From Vulcanimicrobiota bacterium (GTDB lineage: Bacteria; Vulcanimicrobiota; Vulcanimicrobiia; Eremiobacterales; Eremiobacteraceae): a DNA stretch of 64,000 nucleotides. Shown piece after piece: positions 57,021-64,000 of this stretch (position 1 is its first letter; every line of letters starts with the position of its first letter). The stretch is taken from assembly GCA_963812135.1 (NCBI GenBank), contig CAWETU010000005.1:192001-256000 (forward strand), in the 5' to 3' direction. The notes below the pieces were generated by a model. The model ran no database searches and had not been told where the DNA came from. It saw nothing but the letters and a program-made list of their open reading frames with translations. The translations under genes were made by a program, and so were the position numbers.

Positions 57021-58212
57021 GTTCCGTTTCCGTCAGCACGCCGCCGTCTTCGTCGAGCGGCTGGTCGTCCTGGCCGAACGCCTGATCACGCTTGCGACGA
57101 TAACGCGGGGGCGGCGGTGCCGGTCGTTTCGGTTTCGGGGCAAGCTTGCGAGCCGGCGTTGACAGCGATCGTGCAGGTCCGGCTCCCGCAGCGGTCTCGG
57201 TCGCGACGGCGGCTGCCCGTTCGGACGCCCGCTTGCGCAGATCGAAGTTCTTCCATATCACGAGCAACGGGCTCGCGATGAAGATCGACGAGTACGCGCC
57301 GCTGATGACGCCGACAAGCAGCGCGAACGCGAAATCCTTGAGCGTATCGCCGCCGAAGACGAGCAGCGCGACGAGCACGATGACCACGGTGGCCAATGTG
57401 TTCACGGAGCGCGTCATGGTCTGCAACAGCGACGTGTTGACCATCTTGTCGTAGGGGACGTCGGGCATGAGCCGCGTGTTCTCGCGGATCCGGTCGAAGA
57501 TGACGATGGAGTCCATGACGGAATAGCCGATGACCGTCAGCAGGGCAGCAAGAAATGCGTCGTCTGCCTTGCGGTTGGCGATGGCATAGATGCCGACCAT
57601 GACCAGCACGTCATGGATGAGCGCGATATCGGCCACGATGCCGTAGCGCAGCTGATTGCCGAAACGGAACGCGATGTACAGCAGCTGCAAGAAAAGCGCG
57701 ATCACGAGCGCCGCGAGGGAGCGATTCAGGTACTCCTTGGAGAGCGACGGTCCCACCGACGTGATCTGGCTCTGGCTGCGATCGACGGTCAACCCAGCCT
57801 TATCGAGCGCGGCGAACACCGGACCCGGATCCGCGATTGTAGACTGCGACGAGATGATGGCGCGGTCGTTCGGCTGCTTGTCCTCGGGTTTGCTCGCCAG
57901 TTGGATGTTCGCATCGCCGCGTCGCAGCGGCTCGAGCGCGGCGCGCAGCTCCGCGTCGCTCGAGATTTGCTGCGGCGTGAAGCCTGCCTTGTCGACCACG
58001 TCGATGTTCGCGAGCGCCGCCTTGATCTCGCCCTCGCTCACTGTCCGGTTGAACTTGACGTCGATGGTCGTGCCGCCCGTGAACGACAGTCCTAACGGTA
58101 GGCCGTGATGGATGACGAGCGCGATGATGCCGGCGACGATGACGGCGCCGGACAATCCGAACCAGAAGCGCCGCTGGCCGATGATGTCCCAGTTGAGATT
58201 GCGGAAGAACAT
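56977..58212 (-). CDS. secF: Protein translocase subunit SecF
   Basis: FTGGT, VGPS, HDV, GYSVMDSIVIFDRIREN, YSSIFIA. Confidence 0.95.
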   Translation of the reverse strand: MFFRNLNWDIIGQRRFWFGLSGAVIVAGIIALVIHHGLPLGLSFTGGTTIDVKFNRTVSEGEIKAALANIDVVDKAGFTPQQISSDAELRAALEPLRRGDANIQLASKPEDKQPNDRAIISSQSTIADPGPVFAALDKAGLTVDRSQSQITSVGPSLSKEYLNRSLAALVIALFLQLLYIAFRFGNQLRYGIVADIALIHDVLVMVGIYAIANRKADDAFLAALLTVIGYSVMDSIVIFDRIRENTRLMPDVPYDKMVNTSLLQTMTRSVNTLATVVIVLVALLVFGGDTLKDFAFALLVGVISGAYSSIFIASPLLVIWKNFDLRKRASERAAAVATETAAGAGPARSLSTPARKLAPKPKRPAPPPPRYRRKRDQAFGQDDQPLDEDGGVLTETEHGDAAGEAESDQQS

Positions 58213-58218
58213 TGTCGC

Positions 58219-59511
58219 CTACGCCCCGTACGCCGCGGGCGCAGTCGCAACGTCGTTGTCGACGACGAAGTCGACGAACGCGCGCGTGATGTACACCGCC
58301 GTGAAGAGCGAGAAGATCGTTCCCCAGAGCAACGTGAATGCGAACCCTTTGACCGTTCCAGTGCCTAACCAGTAGAGCACCAGCGCGCCGACGATCGTCG
58401 TGACGTGCGAGTCGAACACCGTCCAGAACGCGCGCTTGAAGCCGACCGTGACTGCGGCTCGGGTGGTGCGGCCTGCCCATAGCTCTTCTTTGAGCCGCTC
58501 GAAGATAAGCACGTTGGCGTCGACAGCCATACCGATCGAGAGCACGAATCCAGCGATGCCCGGCAGCGTAAGCACGACGCCGAAGAGCGCGACGTAGGCG
58601 AGCATCATGAAGCAGTAGACGACCAGCGCGACGTCGGCGAGGAAACCGGGGATGCGATAGAACGCCAGCATGAACAGCAGCACGACGCCGAGTCCCGCGA
58701 GCGAGGCGACGAGCGATTTTTGCAAATCGATCTGTCCGAGCGTCGGGCCGACGTTCTCGGTCTCGAGGATCTTGGTCGGTACCTTGAGCGCGCCTGCGCT
58801 CAGCTCGTTGGCCAGCGTCACCGCCTCTTGCTCGGTGAAGTTGCCGGTGATCTGGCCGTTGGCGCTGATCGCCGACTGGATCGTGGGGCCCGAGATGAAT
58901 TGCTTATCGAGGAAGATCGGTAGCGGCTTGCCGACGTTCTTGCTCGTCCATTCGTAGAATTTCTTCGCGCCGGCGGAGGTCAGCGTGAAGTCGACCACGT
59001 GCCCGCCGGCTTGTCCGAGTCCGGCGACGGCGCTGGACATGTCGGCGCCGGTGATGATGGGAGCTGTGGAATCTTTGTAGGCGCCGGTCTGCGCGTAACT
59101 CTTATCGGGTCCTTGCAAAGACGCATAGGCGCGGGCCGTTTGTTCGGTCGTCAGCGGACGCATCTCAAGGACTGCGGCCTGACGGATCAGCGTGATCGCC
59201 TGCTCGGGATCTCGCAGGCCAGGCATCTCGATGTTGATGCGGTTGTTGCCGACCTTTTCGAACGTCAGCTCGCTGACGCCCAATCCACCGAGGCGCGTTT
59301 GGAGCACGAGCAGTTCTTCGTTCAGGATATCCGGCGTGATCTTGGGCACCGTGTCGGTCGGCTCGAGCTCGATGAGCGCCCGCAATCCGCCTTGCAGATC
59401 CAAACCGAGCTTGATCTTCTCGCGTACAGGCGTGAACGCGTACACGCAGCCGACGCACAATGCGAAGATGACGGCAAGCTTAATCAGGTTCTTCCAACGA
59501 AACCAGAACAT
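58219..59511 (-). CDS. secD: Protein translocase subunit SecD
   Basis: LGLDLQGG, GMAVDANVLIFER, GTVKGFA. Confidence 0.96.
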   Translation of the reverse strand: MFWFRWKNLIKLAVIFALCVGCVYAFTPVREKIKLGLDLQGGLRALIELEPTDTVPKITPDILNEELLVLQTRLGGLGVSELTFEKVGNNRINIEMPGLRDPEQAITLIRQAAVLEMRPLTTEQTARAYASLQGPDKSYAQTGAYKDSTAPIITGADMSSAVAGLGQAGGHVVDFTLTSAGAKKFYEWTSKNVGKPLPIFLDKQFISGPTIQSAISANGQITGNFTEQEAVTLANELSAGALKVPTKILETENVGPTLGQIDLQKSLVASLAGLGVVLLFMLAFYRIPGFLADVALVVYCFMMLAYVALFGVVLTLPGIAGFVLSIGMAVDANVLIFERLKEELWAGRTTRAAVTVGFKRAFWTVFDSHVTTIVGALVLYWLGTGTVKGFAFTLLWGTIFSLFTAVYITRAFVDFVVDNDVATAPAAYGA

Positions 59512-59610
59512 CGGGACCTTTCAAGGGCGCGAAAAATGCGGCCAGCAGCGATTCGCCAGTCGCACAGGCAACCCTTATTCACGGAGGCGGGAAGGGGCGT
59601 CCTGCCCGCG

Positions 59611-61686
59611 TTACGTCGTCGGCATGCTCGGTTGCGATGAAAGCGGCTGGTCGAGCGTCGCTTTCACCTCCACCGAGTAGCCCGGTGCGATCTCTGCCAA
59701 GCTTATCACCGTTGCGCTCACGCCGCAGAGCTCGACGAAGCGCGCCAGCGGCAGCCGCAAGCTCGGCGCGCTGAGAATGGTCGAAACGCCCGCCTCTTGT
59801 AGTCCCGTCCGGAACGCACCGGCGAGTGCGAGCGCGGCGCCGGGTTCTATCCCGAAAATGACGCCCCGATCCGTTGCGACGACCGCGTCATTGAGCTCGC
59901 TTTCGCTGAGCGCCGAAATGGCGAGCACCGGGATGACCCCAGCCGCGTCGGCAAGCATCGCGCAGATCGCCGGCGCGAGCCGGCGTCTTGCCGCCTCGCC
60001 GATGAACGCGGCATCTTTCGTGTGCTCCGCCTCATCCGCGATGGTTTCAAGAATCGCCACGAAATCGCGAATCGAAACGCGCTCTCGCGCCAGGTGTTGC
60101 AACACGCGCTGCACGAGCCCGAGGCCGGCAAGCTCGGGCACCACTCCCTTGATCGCGGCCGGATTGGTGCGCCGCACGTGGTCGATCAGCCACTGCACTT
60201 CTTGGCGACCCAGCAACGCTGCGGCGTGTTCGCGCGCGACGACGCCAAGTCGGCTCGTCAGCACCGCGATCGGATCTACGACGACCGCCTCCTCGTTGGC
60301 GATAGGCGACGTCTCCGTTTGCATCCACTTCGCGTCGCAACCGGTGACGGGGTCTGTCGTCGCCTCTCCCGGGAATCGTGAAAGCGCGCTCGGCGATCCG
60401 AGCGCTAACGCGCGGTCAGGATGCAACTGACCACGCGCGACGATGCGATCCCGCACGCGAATCGCAAACCCTCGTTGTGGAAGCCGAAGATCATCCCGGA
60501 TATGGACGCCCGGGAGCACGATACCGAGCTCGAGCGCCAGCGAACGCCGTAGCCCGCCGATCCGTTGCAACAGCGCGGTGCCTGCGGGCTCCTCGAGCAG
60601 CGGCAAAAGTGCTTCGCCCAAGTCGATACCAAGTTGCTCGACCCCCAGCAAGGCGACCGCCCCTTCGGGTTTTCCGGACTCGACACGCTTGCGTTGGCGC
60701 TCGGACGCCTCGTTGAGCGCCCGACGACGCTGATCGACGCGTTCGGCTGCGCGACTCGCCGCCAGCCCCAAGACGCCGAGCACGCCAAAGGCCACGTGCG
60801 GAAGCCCGGGCACGAGCGCGAGGACGAGCATGGCGATGCCAACGGTGCGAAGCGACGAAGGATGTGCGAGCGCCTGTCGCAGCAGGTCTTCGCCGAGGCT
60901 TTGATCCGAAGACGCGCGCGTGACGATAATGCCCATCGCAGTCGACAACAAAAACGCCGGTAAGGTGGTGGCCAAGGCGTTCCCCACCGATAGTAGCGTG
61001 AACGTCTGCGCTGCCTCAGCGAGTTCCATGTGTTTCATCAGGGTACCGATGCCGATGCCGGCAACGATGTTGATGCCGACGATGACCAGCGCCGCGATCG
61101 CATCGCCTCGCACGAATTTGCCGGCGCCGTCCATGGCGCCGTAGAAGTCCGCTTCCGCTTGAACCGCCGCACGCTTGGCCTTCGCCTCGACGGCGTCGAT
61201 GACGCCCGCATGCAGATCGGCATCGATGGCCATTTGCTTGCCTGGCATGGCGTCCAGCGTGAATCGCGCCGCGACTTCGGCCACGCGCTGCGCACCATTG
61301 GTCACGACGACCAGTTGAACGACGATGAGAATGACGAACATCAACATGCCGACGATGATGCTGCCGCGCATCACGAAGTCGCCGAACGCCGGGATGACGG
61401 TACCTACGCCGCCTGGATCAGCGCCTTGCGTGAGGATCAAGCGCGTCGCGGAGACGTCTAGGCTCAGCCGGAACAGCGTCGCCACGAGCAAGAGTGTTGG
61501 AAAGGTCGCGAATTCCAGCGGTTCTCGCAGCGTGAGTGCGATGACGAGGACGGCCGCGGCACCCATGATGTCGAGCGCGAGGAGCGCGTCGAGTAGCCAT
61601 GGCGCCAACGGTACGACCAACGTGGCGACGATGCCGAGCACCGCCACGGCGAAAGCCGCGCCGGCGGGAGAGCCCGGTCTTCTCAT
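59611..61686 (-). CDS. flhA: Flagellar export protein FlhA
   Basis: RVAEVAARFTLDAMPGKQMAIDADL, FYGAMDGAGKFVRGDA. Confidence 0.93.
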   Translation of the reverse strand: MRRPGSPAGAAFAVAVLGIVATLVVPLAPWLLDALLALDIMGAAAVLVIALTLREPLEFATFPTLLLVATLFRLSLDVSATRLILTQGADPGGVGTVIPAFGDFVMRGSIIVGMLMFVILIVVQLVVVTNGAQRVAEVAARFTLDAMPGKQMAIDADLHAGVIDAVEAKAKRAAVQAEADFYGAMDGAGKFVRGDAIAALVIVGINIVAGIGIGTLMKHMELAEAAQTFTLLSVGNALATTLPAFLLSTAMGIIVTRASSDQSLGEDLLRQALAHPSSLRTVGIAMLVLALVPGLPHVAFGVLGVLGLAASRAAERVDQRRRALNEASERQRKRVESGKPEGAVALLGVEQLGIDLGEALLPLLEEPAGTALLQRIGGLRRSLALELGIVLPGVHIRDDLRLPQRGFAIRVRDRIVARGQLHPDRALALGSPSALSRFPGEATTDPVTGCDAKWMQTETSPIANEEAVVVDPIAVLTSRLGVVAREHAAALLGRQEVQWLIDHVRRTNPAAIKGVVPELAGLGLVQRVLQHLARERVSIRDFVAILETIADEAEHTKDAAFIGEAARRRLAPAICAMLADAAGVIPVLAISALSESELNDAVVATDRGVIFGIEPGAALALAGAFRTGLQEAGVSTILSAPSLRLPLARFVELCGVSATVISLAEIAPGYSVEVKATLDQPLSSQPSMPTT

Positions 61687-62756
61687 CGGTCGTCGCTTCC
61701 ACCCAGCGATCCGCGGGTTTGTAATAACATCGCGAATATCGAGGCGACGGCCGCGTAGCACTGCTCGGGAATCGGCTCACCCAGGGATGCGCTTGCGAAG
61801 AGCGTGCGTGCGAGCTCCGGTGACTCGATGATCGGCACGTCATGGAGCGCTGCAATCGCCCGCACCAGCGTTGCTGCAAGATCCGCACCGCGAGAGACGA
61901 TGATAGGTACGTCGATCCGCGGTGGCGCGTAGCGCAGCGCGACAGCGACGTGAGTCGGATTCGCGATCACAGCCGTGGCAGCGCGGATCGCTCCGACGCT
62001 CACGCTGCGCGAGAAACGGGCCGCCGACGCCCGACGATGTGCTCGGAGCTCCGGCTTGCCTTCATTCTCCGCCCGCTCATCCCGGACTTCGCGCGGTGAC
62101 ATTCGTAACGCGCGTGCGGCTCGTTTGCGGACGTGCCACGCGTCGAAAAGCGCAAGGACGCCAAGCCCGGGCACGAGCCACGACCAAGCGTGCACGAACG
62201 TCGCGCACAAGATCGCGATGGCGGCGGCGGTCAGTAACCCCGAGGCTGCGAATTCCACGGTCCCTCGCAAAGCCGGCCATGCGCAGCACATCACGATCGC
62301 CACACCGGCTGCGGCCATTGTCGCCGCGATGACGCCCTCGGCACTGAGTAACCGGCTTGCGCCTGATCGCCAAGCGAGCCGCTCGAGACGCGGCTGCAAT
62401 GCGCCGGGAGCAAATGCCAACGCGCCGCTTGCCGCGGAAGCTATCACCGCAGCGACGCACGCAGCGATCCATGCCGAGCCGATGATCAGCCACCCATCGT
62501 GCCACCAGAGCCAGGTGGTTTGCACCGACGCGTCTGCCGCAGGGGCGTCGCCGACCGAGACCGCTGCTCGCGCCGAAGCCCGCCACAAAGCGATCCAACT
62601 CGCCGCCGCTGATCCGGCTGCCATTACAGGCAGCGCTGCGAGCGCAATCGCAAGCCATGCCCCTGTCGCTGGGCTTTGGCCCCAACGTCCCTGCGCTCTC
62701 GCTTTCGCCAGTCGCTTTGGCGTCGCGGCTTCGGTGCGCTCACCCGAATCGTTCAC
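61683..62756 (-). CDS. flhB: Flagellar export protein FlhB
   Basis: ERTEAATPKRL..AR..G, MS..EV.DE....EG.P, NPTH autocleavage motif. Confidence 0.88.
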   Translation of the reverse strand: MNDSGERTEAATPKRLAKARAQGRWGQSPATGAWLAIALAALPVMAAGSAAASWIALWRASARAAVSVGDAPAADASVQTTWLWWHDGWLIIGSAWIAACVAAVIASAASGALAFAPGALQPRLERLAWRSGASRLLSAEGVIAATMAAAGVAIVMCCAWPALRGTVEFAASGLLTAAAIAILCATFVHAWSWLVPGLGVLALFDAWHVRKRAARALRMSPREVRDERAENEGKPELRAHRRASAARFSRSVSVGAIRAATAVIANPTHVAVALRYAPPRIDVPIIVSRGADLAATLVRAIAALHDVPIIESPELARTLFASASLGEPIPEQCYAAVASIFAMLLQTRGSLGGSDDR

Positions 62757-63475
62757 GGGTGAAGCGCGGCGTGCGCGGCGATCGCCGCCATGTGCCGCAT
62801 CAGCGCGAACATCGCGGGCACGCCGACGATCGCCGCGATCAGCGCGAGCGGCGAGGCGATCGCAGGTGTCAAGAGCATGCCGTTCACGCGTGGCGCGACG
62901 CGTGCCGCAAGACCCGCGATCAGCGTCGCGACGGCGTGAGCGAAAACCGGAGGCAGTGAAAGCGCAAGGGTCAGATGGAATGCCGTTCGAATCGCGGCGG
63001 ACGCAGCGGCTGAACCCGTGTGGATCGCCAACGCGGTGAAATGCCCCGCGAAACCCGCCACGAACCAGGCGAGCGCGCCGCTGCTGCACCATGCGTTTGC
63101 CGCGACAAGCGGTAGCAGAACGGAGAACGGCCCAGAGCCTTGCTGGGTCGCATCATATGAATTTGAAGGCCCGCCCGCAAGTGCTTGATCGAACAAGGCA
63201 CCGGTTGAAGCAGCCGATCCCGCGATGATGGACGCGGTGAGTCCGACCGACGTACCTGTGGCCGCTGCGATGCACGCGGGAATGGTGACCCCTCCTGCTA
63301 CCGTAGCCCACGCGGCGTCTGTGGTCGCCGTGTCTGCGGCCAGCGGCGTTATGGACAACGCGAGAGCGGCACGCACGATTCCGGGCACATGCTTTGCGCC
63401 CGCCAGCGGAAGCGTCGCCGCAAAAGCGGTTGAACCGGCAAGTGCCACCACAAAAGCTGGATGGGGTGGTTCCAC
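62753..63475 (-). CDS. fliR: Flagellar export protein FliR (divergent)
   Basis: Hydrophobic; GLAARVAPRVN; lies between fliQ and flhB. Confidence 0.75.
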   Translation of the reverse strand: MEPPHPAFVVALAGSTAFAATLPLAGAKHVPGIVRAALALSITPLAADTATTDAAWATVAGGVTIPACIAAATGTSVGLTASIIAGSAASTGALFDQALAGGPSNSYDATQQGSGPFSVLLPLVAANAWCSSGALAWFVAGFAGHFTALAIHTGSAAASAAIRTAFHLTLALSLPPVFAHAVATLIAGLAARVAPRVNGMLLTPAIASPLALIAAIVGVPAMFALMRHMAAIAAHAALHP

Positions 63476-63745
63476 CTAAAGGCCGAGTAATCGCGGCACC
63501 GAGGCAGCCCCTATCTCGAACAGCCGGATCAGCATCGCCAAGGCCGCGACTCCCGCGACCGAGACGAGCAGAGCGACCACAAGCAGTTTCGGAAGAAACG
63601 AGATGTTCTGATCCTGGACCTGTACGACGGTCTGAATCGCGCCAGTCACAACGCCGACGATCGCAACAGCGCCCACGATCGGGACCGTGAGCACCAACGT
63701 CGTTTGGAGCGCGCGCGCCATGAGGTGGACCGCAGCATGCTCCAT
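63476..63745 (-). CDS. fliQ: Flagellar export protein FliQ
   Basis: Q...QVQDQNISFLPKL. Confidence 0.9.
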   Translation of the reverse strand: MEHAAVHLMARALQTTLVLTVPIVGAVAIVGVVTGAIQTVVQVQDQNISFLPKLLVVALLVSVAGVAALAMLIRLFEIGAASVPRLLGL

Positions 63746-63746
63746 G

Positions 63747-64000
63747 TCAGCGAAACGACTGAATCAATGTGCCACACACCGTGGTCCAGCCGTCCGCCGC
63801 GACGAAGAGAAGCAGCTTGATCGGCAGGGCGATCGATGAGGGCGAAACCATGAACATGCCGAGCGACATCATCACTGCGGCGACGACGATGTCGATCGCT
63901 GCGAATGGCAGCGCAAACGCGAAGCCCATCGCAAACGCTGCTCTCAACTCGCTCACCATGAACGCGGGCGCGACGATTTCAAACGCTGGATCGCCTTGCG
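63747..64000 (-). CDS. fliP: Flagellar export protein FliP, C-terminal part (cut by the window edge)
   Basis: PAFMVSEL..AF.MGF, MSLGMFMVSP..IALPIKLLLFVAADGW. Confidence 0.92.
   Translation of the reverse strand, partial: QGDPAFEIVAPAFMVSELRAAFAMGFAFALPFAAIDIVVAAVMMSLGMFMVSPSSIALPIKLLLFVAADGWTTVCGTLIQSFR

Noticed and set aside
1..64000. CRISPR arrays, rRNA, intact IS/transposase, prophage genes, reverse transcriptase
   Set aside because: No regularly spaced repeats or matching protein motifs were seen by eye

Overview
High-GC bacterial chromosomal window, densely coding and mostly on the minus strand. Gene content and style (orphan family-5 peptide-binding proteins, DUF885, PQQ beta-propeller enzymes, Firmicutes-like secDF-apt-rel-dtd synteny, flagellar export genes) suggest a Terrabacteria-group soil organism, possibly Eremiobacterota/Vulcanimicrobiota; this is inference only. 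Main contents: (1) 3.2-12.3 kb, a tightly coupled anaerobic aromatic-ring-reduction operon (tetR-dch-oah-had-bcrC-bcrB-bcrA-like-bcrD) ending in a hemerythrin gene and preceded by a Cys-rich PAS-LuxR regulator and a MaoC dehydratase; the BcrA- and Oah-like proteins are unusually short. (2) 12-34 kb, assorted hydrolases, CoA-metabolism genes, an ABC exporter, a metY operon with two orphan peptide-binding proteins, a PAS-GGDEF-EAL protein and two atypical STAS paralogues. (3) 34.8-43.3 kb, an accessory region around tRNA-Thr(CGT) with a tyrosine-integrase remnant missing from the ORF track, a duplicated 5' half of the tRNA and duplicated flanks, plus a PQQ dehydrogenase and an unknown secreted partner. 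(4) 43.4-64 kb, core genes dnaB, rplI, rpsR, ssb, rpsF (with a structured leader), alr, dtd, rel, apt, secF, secD and flhA-flhB-fliR-fliQ-fliP. All family assignments come from motif recognition by eye, not database searches.
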